From assembly GCA_021513695.1 (NCBI GenBank), contig CP084166.1:3017794-3081793 (forward strand): a DNA stretch of 64,000 bases. Reading direction: 5' to 3'. Origin of the DNA: Candidatus Heimdallarchaeum aukensis. Its GTDB lineage: Archaea > Asgardarchaeota > Heimdallarchaeia > Heimdallarchaeales > Heimdallarchaeaceae. The position numbers and the translations under genes were made by a program. Below, piece by piece: positions 38,773 to 48,390 of the stretch (the stretch's first letter is position 1; each line of letters starts with the position of its first letter). The notes beneath the pieces are model-generated. The model saw nothing but the letters and a program-made list of their open reading frames with translations, did not search any database and was not told the origin of the DNA.

Positions 38773-39279
38773 TTAAGTAGATTCGTTTTTATCTTTTTCA
38801 AAATTACTTATTATTTTTTCCAAAACTTGTTCTATCTCTGTTTTGGATTTAAGAGAAAGGAAATAATATTCAATATTGAATTTGTTTGCTATACTTGCCA
38901 CTTCTTCTTCACTTATTTCATGATATGCTTCTAAGTCTTTTTTAGACCCAATAAAAATGATGTTAGGTATGAATTTCAAAGCTTCTGCTACTTCTTTTAT
39001 CCACTTATGAACATCTATAAACGAGCTCCTTCTAGTGAGATCAAAGACAACAAAAATCACATTACTGCCAACATAATATGACTTCCTTATTTCAGTAAAT
39101 CTTTGTTGAGCTGGTAGGTCCCAAAGAGTTAAATTGTACTTTTCTCCTTTAATTTCGATAGAATAAGTAGCAATATTTTGGCCATATTCTTCTTTTCTTA
39201 CTTCTGTGGTTAGCGTTCTTAGTAACTCTGTTTTACCTACTCCTGCCTCACCGACGATACAAATCTTTAGATTATGCAT
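38773..39279 (-). CDS. Ras-superfamily small GTPase
   Basis: 168 aa. P-loop GEAGVGKT (G1), WDLPAQ (G3, a DxxG variant), and SKKD (G4, an NKxD variant). Confidence 0.7.
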   Translation of the reverse strand: MHNLKICIVGEAGVGKTELLRTLTTEVRKEEYGQNIATYSIEIKGEKYNLTLWDLPAQQRFTEIRKSYYVGSNVIFVVFDLTRRSSFIDVHKWIKEVAEALKFIPNIIFIGSKKDLEAYHEISEEEVASIANKFNIEYYFLSLKSKTEIEQVLEKIISNFEKDKNEST

Positions 39280-39360
39280 TAATAGATACTTCTTTTTACT
39301 ACAAAAAAAAGCTTTTGTATGAATTTTTGTTTTGTTAATTTATCACGTATTTGTTGTTTT

Positions 39361-39999
39361 TTACTTTCTTATTCCTTCAAATAGGATTGTAAGTATTTCT
39401 TTTATGTTTTCTTCAATTTCATTACTCTCAATTTTAAATCCTTCTTCTAAATAACCTGTCGCTCCTAAAGCTGGTCTAGAAGAAGATATGAAAAGAAAAG
39501 CTAGAGTTTTAGCTCTTACATCTTTTCTTATTTTTCCTTTTTCTTGACATTTTCTAAAAAACTCTGTAAGTTTCTCTAGGGCAATTGTAGATTGGGCAAG
39601 TTCTTCGAATATAGGTCTTAATTCAGGATTGTGAAATTCTTTATACAATATAAGTAAAATTTTCCTAAATTTCAAGGCAAAATTCCAAAATTCAAGACTA
39701 ACTCTATATAGAGTTTCATAGGGATTTTCTGATAATTCATCAATTTTTTCTCCAAATTGTTTCCACATCTTGTTGGATAGTTCTATTCCTCTTTTAATTA
39801 TGGTTTCAAAAATCTCTGTTTTATTTCTAAAATATTTGTAAACTAAAGCTTCTGAAACTCCTTCTTCTTCTGCTATATCTTTCATAGTTGTGTAGGCTAC
39901 TCCTTTTTTAGAAAATAGTTCTATAGCTGTACGTAGAATTCTCTCTTTTCTTTCTTCTTTCTTAAGCCATTTATGCTCTTCTTTTTTGTTTTCACGCAT
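39361..39999 (-). CDS. TetR/AcrR-family transcriptional regulator
   Basis: N-terminal HTH ILRTAIELFSKKGVAYTTMKDIAEEEGVSEALVYKYFRNK. Divergent from the ABC transporter operon. Confidence 0.8.
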   Translation of the reverse strand: MRENKKEEHKWLKKEERKERILRTAIELFSKKGVAYTTMKDIAEEEGVSEALVYKYFRNKTEIFETIIKRGIELSNKMWKQFGEKIDELSENPYETLYRVSLEFWNFALKFRKILLILYKEFHNPELRPIFEELAQSTIALEKLTEFFRKCQEKGKIRKDVRAKTLAFLFISSSRPALGATGYLEEGFKIESNEIEENIKEILTILFEGIRK

Positions 40000-40101
40000 T
40001 TGATCACAAAAGTGAGTATTTACTAACTTTTATATATTCTTTAATGAATATAAATTTAACTATAAATGAAATACAATTTTTGAATCAATAAAAGAGGAAT
40101 A

Positions 40102-43100
40102 ATGATGGATTACATTAATAGCTTACTAACAAAAACATTTAGGCGCAGAATAGGAAAAAATGTAGGAACAATGATAGGTATTGCTCTTTCTGTGAGTTTA
40201 ATGCTAGGAGTACAAATAACAATTACAAGTTTTTCAACAAAAGCTTTGGGCTTTTTTACTGAAGCTATTGGTGAAAATGATATCATTATTCAAAATTTTG
40301 GCTTTCCAATTGAAAATTACCAAGAGATAATAGAAAAAATAGATAATTCTTCGATTCCGTATGCCGCTATTAATTGGCGTGTTTCTCAAGATGTTGCTGT
40401 TTATAACCTTGAGAAAGGATATCTGGAAAAAGGGGTAAGCTTTATAGGAGTCGAGCTGGATGAAGATCAAACTTTTGGTAGATTTTATCATCCTGATAGT
40501 GAAACAGAATATAGTAAAGAAGAATTAGAACAGATTTTTGCAGATAACACCAGTGTTCTAGTTGGAAAGTATTTATTTGATGATATGGAATTAAAAGTTA
40601 ATCAAACTATTAAGATTAGAATTGGAGAGTTACAAGGATTACAATTTAATTATAAAACATATGACCTAAAAATTGCTGGATTTATTGCAGACAAAGAAAA
40701 AGGAAAAGAGAGTGGGGGAAGGGTTTTATGGACCTCTATAGACAATATTCGTTCAATTATTGGTGTAAGTAACAATTCAGTTACAGAGATAAACATCTCT
40801 TTGAGTCCCAATCATGATGAACAACCCGTATCAAACGATTATGCTTATGAAGTTGAAGAACAGTTAAAAGAAATACTAGATGTAGAAAACACAGGATTAC
40901 TTGTTATTGCTTTTAGAGCTTTAGTATTAGACACAGCAGATAAAATAATTAAAGATGTGCTTATAGCTTTTAACTTGTTTGGTGCTTTAATTATCTTTTC
41001 TGGAGTACTATTACTAGTAAATATCCAGTTAATTCAAGTAGAGGATAGAATGCAACAATTAGGAGTCTTAAGAGCTATAGGTTCAAAGAGAAAAGAAATT
41101 ATTCGAATGTTTCTCATGGAGTCAGCTATTTTAGGTTTTATAGGTTCACTCCTTGGTTTAGGCGGAGGATATGCGATGTCTATATTTCTAGTCTGGAGAA
41201 TAGGAATAACTTTCTTTAACACTACCGTCTTTCTCACTCCAATTGTAACAGGTTCTGCTGTGTTATACTCGTTTATTGTAGGTTTCACATTAGCTATCGG
41301 AGCAGGATTGTTACCAGCAATAAGGGCAAGTAGAGTTGATCCTATAGAAGTGATTAGAGGAATTAAAAAAGTGAAAGAAAGGAGAATGGGAACTGGTATT
41401 TTAGTTCTCGGAATCTCTCTGATTGTTATCGGAATAACCACTTTTGCTACTCAACTAGCTGTTGGCGATAGTTTCTTTTCTAATCAAGGGTGGAATACTG
41501 CAAATGAGCAATGGACTTTTATGGGTGCTGTAGGAGGAATATTATTAGGTTTAAGTGTTCTAACAGCTTATCTTGTTTCGAGGAAAGTAATGGGGAATGC
41601 CATAGGTTTTTCTCTTATCACAATTGCCATCTCAATGTTACTATTCGCTCTCCCTCAACTAAAAGATGTGACTGACAATAATAAAATACTCATAACTTGT
41701 GTAGTGATATTAGCTTTAGGAACAATTATCTTGGTTGGAGTAAATCTCAAATTTGTTACAAACTTGGTAAGAACGATTTTATATAAGACTAAAATAAAGA
41801 AAGGAGTATCACTAATTTCAGCTAAATACATGACCTCAAAAACAATGAGAAGTACATTGACTTTTGGAATATTTACATTAGTGCTTACAATGAACATTTT
41901 TGCTTCAATATACCAAGCAACTTTTTCGTATAACACCTTAGAATCAGTAGAATTTCTAAGTGGAGGAGCTTCAATATATGTTGAGTTAGATACTCCTATA
42001 CAGAATGATTCGTTAGTAGATGTAGAACGAGATTTACCTAAAATAGATCCCTCAATAGAATATGTAAAAGGAATAAACACGACAATTTCGCTCTTACAAG
42101 CAGATCCTTCTGCAAAATTGTCTATTCCCTCTGAAATATTTGCAGCTCAGATACAATTGATATATAATGATACATTCAAAAATGGTTCAGAATATGTCTT
42201 TGACTTTATGATCGAACAAAGTATAGGAAAGTTAAACGAAGAATATAAACCTGCAGCTTCAGAAGAATATCAACGTAGATACAGTCACAAGATTTGGGAC
42301 CTATTCTACAATAGAACGAGATTTAATAAAGATGGAGAAAAAGATCCTAATGGATTACCCACCGTTATTTCTACAAATCCTATTCTTAAACCTGGAGATG
42401 TTTTTAATATAACTGGTCTTTTCAAACCCCCAATTGAAGTTATTGTATTGGCAAATGTAAGGCAGTATCCTTTTTCTATAAGTTCAGGTTTTCCGATTCT
42501 GTTTGTTACTCCTGACCTTTTACCATTCTTGAGTTATAATTTCGCTATATTTCCCAAATACACTAATTTTCTAGTGAAGACAAGTGAAGACTTTAGAAAT
42601 GGTAGAAATTCGGAGATAGCAAATAAAATTGAAACATTCTTTAATGGAAATGAATCCATATTAATAAAAAATAACGATTTTGTTGCTGCTTCAGCATATA
42701 ATGTCTGGGAAGAAATGCTGGAACAAGTTGATTTTCAAGTTAGAACATTTGATTTTATGCAGATATTTGTAAGCTTTGGTTTAGTTGTCGGCGCGATAGG
42801 GATGATAATTATTGCCATTCGTAACGTTTCGGAACGTAAAAGAGAAATAGGAATGATGAGAGCAATAGGTTATAAGAAATCACAAATAATTCTTTCAATT
42901 TCTCTAGAACTCTTTATTTTAGCAGGATTAGGGTTGTTTATGGGTTTAATCAACAGTATTGTTCTAGGAGCTACTTTTGCGCGGTTATATGATTGGTATC
43001 TCATAATCCCAATAGGAAGAGTGTTGCTTTATACAGGTGTGATGATAGGGATTGCTTTTCTCGCTTCAATTATTCCAGGTATAAGATCTAGCAGGATTAC

Positions 43101-43131
43101 TCCTGCTGAAGCTTTAAGGTATGTGGGGTGA
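40102..43131 (+). CDS. ABC transporter permease with two FtsX-like domains (MacB-type)
   Basis: 1009 aa. Two repeats of four-TM FtsX-like modules, each preceded by a large extracytoplasmic domain. Followed by two ABC ATPase genes. Confidence 0.75.
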   Translation: MMDYINSLLTKTFRRRIGKNVGTMIGIALSVSLMLGVQITITSFSTKALGFFTEAIGENDIIIQNFGFPIENYQEIIEKIDNSSIPYAAINWRVSQDVAVYNLEKGYLEKGVSFIGVELDEDQTFGRFYHPDSETEYSKEELEQIFADNTSVLVGKYLFDDMELKVNQTIKIRIGELQGLQFNYKTYDLKIAGFIADKEKGKESGGRVLWTSIDNIRSIIGVSNNSVTEINISLSPNHDEQPVSNDYAYEVEEQLKEILDVENTGLLVIAFRALVLDTADKIIKDVLIAFNLFGALIIFSGVLLLVNIQLIQVEDRMQQLGVLRAIGSKRKEIIRMFLMESAILGFIGSLLGLGGGYAMSIFLVWRIGITFFNTTVFLTPIVTGSAVLYSFIVGFTLAIGAGLLPAIRASRVDPIEVIRGIKKVKERRMGTGILVLGISLIVIGITTFATQLAVGDSFFSNQGWNTANEQWTFMGAVGGILLGLSVLTAYLVSRKVMGNAIGFSLITIAISMLLFALPQLKDVTDNNKILITCVVILALGTIILVGVNLKFVTNLVRTILYKTKIKKGVSLISAKYMTSKTMRSTLTFGIFTLVLTMNIFASIYQATFSYNTLESVEFLSGGASIYVELDTPIQNDSLVDVERDLPKIDPSIEYVKGINTTISLLQADPSAKLSIPSEIFAAQIQLIYNDTFKNGSEYVFDFMIEQSIGKLNEEYKPAASEEYQRRYSHKIWDLFYNRTRFNKDGEKDPNGLPTVISTNPILKPGDVFNITGLFKPPIEVIVLANVRQYPFSISSGFPILFVTPDLLPFLSYNFAIFPKYTNFLVKTSEDFRNGRNSEIANKIETFFNGNESILIKNNDFVAASAYNVWEEMLEQVDFQVRTFDFMQIFVSFGLVVGAIGMIIIAIRNVSERKREIGMMRAIGYKKSQIILSISLELFILAGLGLFMGLINSIVLGATFARLYDWYLIIPIGRVLLYTGVMIGIAFLASIIPGIRSSRITPAEALRYVG

Positions 43132-43136
43132 TATGA

Positions 43137-43838
43137 ATGAGTGATGAAATAATATTAAAAACTGAAAATCTGGGCAAAATTTATGCTGGAGGGACACCAA
43201 TGGAAGTTCATGCTCTTCGAGGAATCAATCTAGAGATAAAGCGAGGAGAAATGGTAGCTATTATGGGTCCTTCAGGATGTGGAAAAACTACTCTGTTAAA
43301 CCTTATTGGAGGAATAGATAAACCCACATACGGAAAAATTATAATTGAAGGAAAAGATATTTCGACACTTACAGATGAAGAAATGACAGAATTTAGGCTA
43401 TTTAATATAGGTTATATCTTTCAGCTGTTTAATCTTTTCGATTTCTTAACAGCTTTAGAAAATACAGTTTTACCTTTATTGTTAACTAATACTAGTAGGT
43501 TTGAAGCTGAAGAAGAAGCAAAAATGATGTTAAGACAAATGGGTTTAGGGGATAAACTTAATCATCTTCCCTCTGAACTTAGTGGAGGAGAGCAACAGAG
43601 AGTTGCAGTATCAAGAGCACTACTCATGAATCCTGCAATTATTCTAGGAGATGAACCTACTGGAGATCTCGATGAAATGACTTCAAAAGACATCATGGAC
43701 CTCTTTAGAAGCATAAATGAAAATTTCAAACAGACTTTCATAGTGGTTACACATAGTAAATACATTGCTGAATTCTGTGATAGAACTATTCGTATAATAG
43801 ACGGTCAGATCGTAGATGACGGGTATGGTGGAAAATAA
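43137..43838 (+). CDS. ABC transporter ATP-binding protein (MacB/LolD-like)
   Basis: Walker A GPSGCGKTT, signature LSGGEQQRVAVSRAL, Walker B ILGDEPTGDLD. Confidence 0.85.
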   Translation: MSDEIILKTENLGKIYAGGTPMEVHALRGINLEIKRGEMVAIMGPSGCGKTTLLNLIGGIDKPTYGKIIIEGKDISTLTDEEMTEFRLFNIGYIFQLFNLFDFLTALENTVLPLLLTNTSRFEAEEEAKMMLRQMGLGDKLNHLPSELSGGEQQRVAVSRALLMNPAIILGDEPTGDLDEMTSKDIMDLFRSINENFKQTFIVVTHSKYIAEFCDRTIRIIDGQIVDDGYGGK

Positions 43839-45712
43839 TGAGTAAAGCAATAAACAAGCAAACTAATTCGATCTATGATGAAGAAGCCATATTCTCAGCA
43901 GGATTATTAATAAATAAACTCGATAGAGACTCACTTAAGGATTTAACAAGATCTTTGAGAAGATTCATAGTTAGGAAATGTAAAGCAAAAGCATTTGAAA
44001 TTAAAGAAGTTAATACATTCTTATTTGTTAATGCTTCTTTTCCTCCAAACTTAATTAGTGATACTGAAAGCCGTATTAAAATAGAAAATGGTGTCAAGAA
44101 TATAATTATTGATTATGCTTTAAAAGAAAATAACAAATTTTCCAAGCAAATTGCAAAAAATATTGAAATAAAAGACATTACACAAATTTTACTAGATCTG
44201 ATAAATAATTCTAATTCACCAAAAAAGAAACAACTGATTGAAACAGTAATAAGAAGAGGAAAAGAGATTCAACAACGTTCTATTGTTCATGTAACAAATG
44301 TCATTCTTAATTCATTCATTTTGTCATGGGATAAAGAAGATTATAGAATTATTTTCCCGGATGAACGTGTAGAAAGAAAAGAAAAAAGTGCAGATGCTTT
44401 TGGCACATTTCAAAGTTTATTAGAAAATCTTTCAGTAATACAATATGCTCATATTTCAATGGAAAATCTCAGCTGGATAATTGGTTCATATGAATACGCT
44501 TTAGACAATTTGTATGAGTTAATATCTAATCTTTCTAAAGAAATTAAGACTTCTCCTACAATCTCTAAATCTTTTTGGAGGGCTTTAAGAGTAATTTTTG
44601 GGTTGTTATCAACAACTCAGCAAATCCTATCTGATTTGTTGAAGCAACTAAACAAATTTGTTGAGATAAAAGAAGAATTTAAGAAACAATGTAAACAGTT
44701 GGATTTTCACTCTCTTACTGACGTTTTGAAAAGATACAATATTGAAAATGAAACCGCTGATTTTATTGTTTGGATTAGTCAGTTACTTCAAAATACTAAG
44801 ATGGCTTATAGTCTACTTTTAGACTTGATTAATTGCTGTAAGACTTCAGATAGGCTGGAAATGGAAAATATAGAACTCATTATCTCAAATTTCGGATGGG
44901 TTCTTTCAGATATTCAAACAATGAAATTCTTTGCAGAAAAATTTAGAGACATAACTTTCTTTCAATCTTTTCCACCAGAAATAGTTGTAGAAACAAAGAA
45001 AGAAATGCGTTTGCCTGAAGATGTAGTAATTAAAGGAGTTAGTTTGTTCAAGACATATCGATTATTTGGTTCTACTGTCTATGCTTTAAGGGGAATAGAT
45101 ATAGAAGTGTGTAAAGGAGAAATGGTTGCTATTTTAGGTCCTTCTGGTAGCGGTAAAACCACTTTGTTAAATCTTTTAGCTGGGCTTGATTCACCTGATA
45201 ATGGAGCAATTTTCTTTAAGGGCAAAAATATTCATTTATTGCCTGATTCTGTTTTCTCCATGTACAGAAGGAAAGATATGGGTTTTATCTTTCAGTACTA
45301 TAATCTTATTCCACAGTTAACAGTATTGGAAAATGTAATGTTGCCTGGATTGATGGTAGGAAGACCAGTGAAAGAGGTTAGACAAAAGGCCATTGAATTA
45401 CTTGAAATAGTAGGTATTGAGCGTTTTAAAAACCAGTTTCCAATCAAATTATCAGGGGGACAAATGCAAAGAGTAACTATAGCAAGATCAATGATAAATG
45501 ATCCTGTGCTTCTTTTTGCAGATGAGCCTACAGGAGATTTAGATAACGCTACAGGAAAAATAGTAGTTGATCTTATTCATCGTTTTTCTAAAGAAAAAGG
45601 GACAGCTGTGATCTTTGTTACTCATGATGAAGAAATGGCAAGAAAATGTGATAGAATAATAAGAATTAGAGATGGAAGAATTCATTCGGAAGAAATAATT
45701 AAAAAGAATTAA
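43838..45712 (+). CDS. ABC ATP-binding protein with about 390-aa N-terminal helical domain of unknown function
   Basis: C-terminal 230 aa: GPSGSGKTT, LSGGQMQRVTIARSM, LFADEPTGDLD. The N-terminal 390 aa have no recognisable motifs. Confidence 0.7.
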   Translation: MSKAINKQTNSIYDEEAIFSAGLLINKLDRDSLKDLTRSLRRFIVRKCKAKAFEIKEVNTFLFVNASFPPNLISDTESRIKIENGVKNIIIDYALKENNKFSKQIAKNIEIKDITQILLDLINNSNSPKKKQLIETVIRRGKEIQQRSIVHVTNVILNSFILSWDKEDYRIIFPDERVERKEKSADAFGTFQSLLENLSVIQYAHISMENLSWIIGSYEYALDNLYELISNLSKEIKTSPTISKSFWRALRVIFGLLSTTQQILSDLLKQLNKFVEIKEEFKKQCKQLDFHSLTDVLKRYNIENETADFIVWISQLLQNTKMAYSLLLDLINCCKTSDRLEMENIELIISNFGWVLSDIQTMKFFAEKFRDITFFQSFPPEIVVETKKEMRLPEDVVIKGVSLFKTYRLFGSTVYALRGIDIEVCKGEMVAILGPSGSGKTTLLNLLAGLDSPDNGAIFFKGKNIHLLPDSVFSMYRRKDMGFIFQYYNLIPQLTVLENVMLPGLMVGRPVKEVRQKAIELLEIVGIERFKNQFPIKLSGGQMQRVTIARSMINDPVLLFADEPTGDLDNATGKIVVDLIHRFSKEKGTAVIFVTHDEEMARKCDRIIRIRDGRIHSEEIIKKN

Positions 45713-45726
45713 GTAACTACTATGTT

Positions 45727-46197
45727 ATGTCTGACACAGAACTAAAAACATACGTTAAAATAATAGAGCAGAGTTACGCTTCTTTTAGAGATTACCTAGA
45801 ACATTTACCAGAAGATGCTTTAGATTGGAAAATAAATGAATTTTCAGGTTCTCCACGTTGGATAATAAGCCATGTAATAAAAGATCAATATTTATTTACA
45901 GATTTTATTGTAAAAGGAAAAACTTTCAGTTCTCAATTAGAAATAGAGGAAATAAAAGGAGATATAGACACTATTCTAAAAAAATTTGACAAAATGGTAA
46001 AAGAAACAGTTGGATCTATCCAAACTCTAAGAAATGAAGATTTAGAAAGAATCAGAGAAATGAAAAATTATAAGATGACAGTAGAAGAATTGTTGTTTGA
46101 ATTTATATACCACATTAATCATCATAGTGGTCAATTAGCAATGATTTTAAGTTCATGGAAAAGATCTAGAAAAGCAAAATCTGATAAAAAAGACTAA
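45727..46197 (+). CDS. DinB/YfiT-like four-helix-bundle protein
   Basis: 156 aa. Spaced His residues include HHSGQLAMI at the C-terminus, as in the DinB_2 family. Confidence 0.45.
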   Translation: MSDTELKTYVKIIEQSYASFRDYLEHLPEDALDWKINEFSGSPRWIISHVIKDQYLFTDFIVKGKTFSSQLEIEEIKGDIDTILKKFDKMVKETVGSIQTLRNEDLERIREMKNYKMTVEELLFEFIYHINHHSGQLAMILSSWKRSRKAKSDKKD

Positions 46198-46254
46198 AAA
46201 CAGTTTTCTGTTAACAAACTTTATCATTTTAATGTGTTTATCTAGAGTTATAGA

Positions 46255-47238
46255 ATGGATAACCATCAACTGATTAGGGATTGCATTAATAACATAAATG
46301 CATATGTTGTAATAGTTGGACTTGAAGGTAAAGTGATTTTTGCTAATGAGAGAACATTAAATCTTTTTTCTACAGATCAAGAATCAATTCGTGAAAAAAA
46401 GTTTTACAATATGTTAAAGGATAGTGATACAAGTCAAAAAAATATTGAATTTTTTATTTCTTTTAAGAGACTTATTCAATTTCCTCAAAATAATACATTT
46501 TTAGAAACAACTCATACAAAGAAACAAGGTTTTACAACAATATTATGGTCAGCTAAAAATGTTAATAATTATACTTACTTCACAGGATATGATGTTTCAA
46601 TATTTAAAGCAATAGAGGAAGAACTGAGAACTAGCTTTGAAAAATACAAAATAATATTTAACAACACTCTAGATGCGATGTATCTAATTAAAATTACGGA
46701 AGAGTACCCTGAAGGAATTTTTATTGATGTAAACAAGGCTGCCAGTGTGCAAACTGGTTATACTATTAGAGAACTTTTAGATTTTGATCCTAAGTTATTT
46801 TTCAAAGATTTCTATAGTCAAATTTTTTCAATTAATACTATTGGACCATATACTTTTGTAAATAAGCTACAAAACAAAGAAGGAAAATCCTTTCCTATAC
46901 GGGTTATTACAAGAAAATTAAGGATTCAAGGGGAGTTTTTCATATTAGTTGTAGTTAAAGATATTACAAAGGAAAAGGAAGAAATAGACTTAATGCATGC
47001 TTTGATGAACAAACTGGAAGAGGAAATTTATCATTATTTAGTTTTAATTGATAAAATAAGAAATCCACTAACAGTTATTTCAGCTCTCGCTGATTTAGAA
47101 AATACAAAATATTCAGAAAAAATAATTAGTAAAGTAAATGACATAAATGATATTTTATTAGAAATAGATGATTCATTGATAAATACTGAAAAGTTAAGAA
47201 ATAAGATACTAAAATATATTTCTAAATATCTTAAATAA
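46255..47238 (+). CDS. PAS-domain protein with a degenerate HisKA-like region (no kinase ATPase domain)
   Basis: PAS-like segment (YLIKITEEYPEGIFIDVNKAASVQTGYTIRELL). DKIRNPLTVISALADL resembles the H-box but lacks the His. The ORF ends without a HATPase_c domain. Confidence 0.45.
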   Translation: MDNHQLIRDCINNINAYVVIVGLEGKVIFANERTLNLFSTDQESIREKKFYNMLKDSDTSQKNIEFFISFKRLIQFPQNNTFLETTHTKKQGFTTILWSAKNVNNYTYFTGYDVSIFKAIEEELRTSFEKYKIIFNNTLDAMYLIKITEEYPEGIFIDVNKAASVQTGYTIRELLDFDPKLFFKDFYSQIFSINTIGPYTFVNKLQNKEGKSFPIRVITRKLRIQGEFFILVVVKDITKEKEEIDLMHALMNKLEEEIYHYLVLIDKIRNPLTVISALADLENTKYSEKIISKVNDINDILLEIDDSLINTEKLRNKILKYISKYLK

Positions 47239-47427
47239 AATTAACATCTTAAGGGAATAAAATCAATAAATTATATGGAAGTAATGTAATTAGCTAAATT
47301 TTGACCATTTTTACAAATTTTTCCATTTTTACAATTCTTGTGATTTAAGCTTTGTTAGAATTATTTCTCTTTCTATTCTTTTTCTTATAAATTCTGCATT
47401 ATCTGACATTTTTGCTTTTTAAAAACA

Positions 47428-48390
47428 TTAAATTTCTGTTATAAAATAGTTCTTTAAATCATTTACTGATTTGCATGCAATTAGTTCTCTTCTTATTTCT
47501 CTTCCTCCTGGCTCATTTTTGGTTAAATCTAAAGCAAATCTTTTTATTAGTTCTAAGTCGGTTGTTATTTCGTCGCAATCTTTGTACATCCTAATTGTAT
47601 ATTCTATAAATTTATCTAACAATTCTACTTTTTCTTCCCAAGAAGCATTTTCTTTTCCCATAAAAATATAAGGTCTTCCTTTGGCCCATCTCCCTATTGC
47701 TACAGCATAAGCTCCTCTTTTCATATACTCTTCTATGTCTTCAAAAGAGAAAACATCACCATTTGCAATTATTGGCAAATCTGTTTTGTTGGATATTTCA
47801 TTTATAACTTCTAGGTGTGCAGGAGTAGCAAAAGTTTCTGTTGCATATCTAGTATGAATAATAATCCAAGGATTACTGTATTCTTCAGCTATTTTGACTA
47901 TTTCAGGTAAAACATTTCTATTCCATCCTATTCTAACTTTGAGAGTTATAGGTAAATTAGTTCCTTTTGAAAGACTGTTTACTAATTTTTCTACCAATTC
48001 AGGATGTCTTAGGAGTGCAGCTCCCATGTTTTGTTGACTAATTTTCTTTTTAGAACAGCCTAAATTAATGTTGATGAATTTGAATTTAGTTTTATCTTCG
48101 ATTTCTGAACCAACTTCTTCAAATTCTTTTGGCTCATTACCAAAAATTTGTATTCCTACATTTTCTTCTTTTGAATCTGTATAAATCAATCTATATGTAT
48201 TAAGGTTAAATTTCTTGCTGAAATGTGCAAGAAAAGACTTTATACTTACCATTTCTGTAATTGTTACACTTGCACCATATTCAGTAGCTAATACTCTGAA
48301 AGGATATCGTGTATACTTAAAAAGAGGAGAAAGAATCAATGATCCTTTTTCAATCATTGACCAAACCATTCCTTTTTTATTTTCCGCCAC
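47428..48390 (-). CDS. dus: tRNA-dihydrouridine synthase
   Basis: SPLFKYTRYPFRVLATEYGASVTITEMVS matches the Dus N-terminal FMN-binding TIM-barrel pattern. Length 320 aa. Confidence 0.7.
   Translation of the reverse strand: MAENKKGMVWSMIEKGSLILSPLFKYTRYPFRVLATEYGASVTITEMVSIKSFLAHFSKKFNLNTYRLIYTDSKEENVGIQIFGNEPKEFEEVGSEIEDKTKFKFININLGCSKKKISQQNMGAALLRHPELVEKLVNSLSKGTNLPITLKVRIGWNRNVLPEIVKIAEEYSNPWIIIHTRYATETFATPAHLEVINEISNKTDLPIIANGDVFSFEDIEEYMKRGAYAVAIGRWAKGRPYIFMGKENASWEEKVELLDKFIEYTIRMYKDCDEITTDLELIKRFALDLTKNEPGGREIRRELIACKSVNDLKNYFITEI

Noticed and set aside
40234-42080. Several minus-strand ORFs (85-141 aa) inside the ABC permease gene
   Set aside because: Antisense to a long, motif-supported CDS. 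No start context or conservation.
47315-47350. Short direct repeat CCATTTTTACAA x2 in the intergenic region upstream of dus
   Set aside because: Only two copies of 12 nt in AT-rich DNA. Not a CRISPR array or iteron cluster. Likely chance or promoter A/T tracts.
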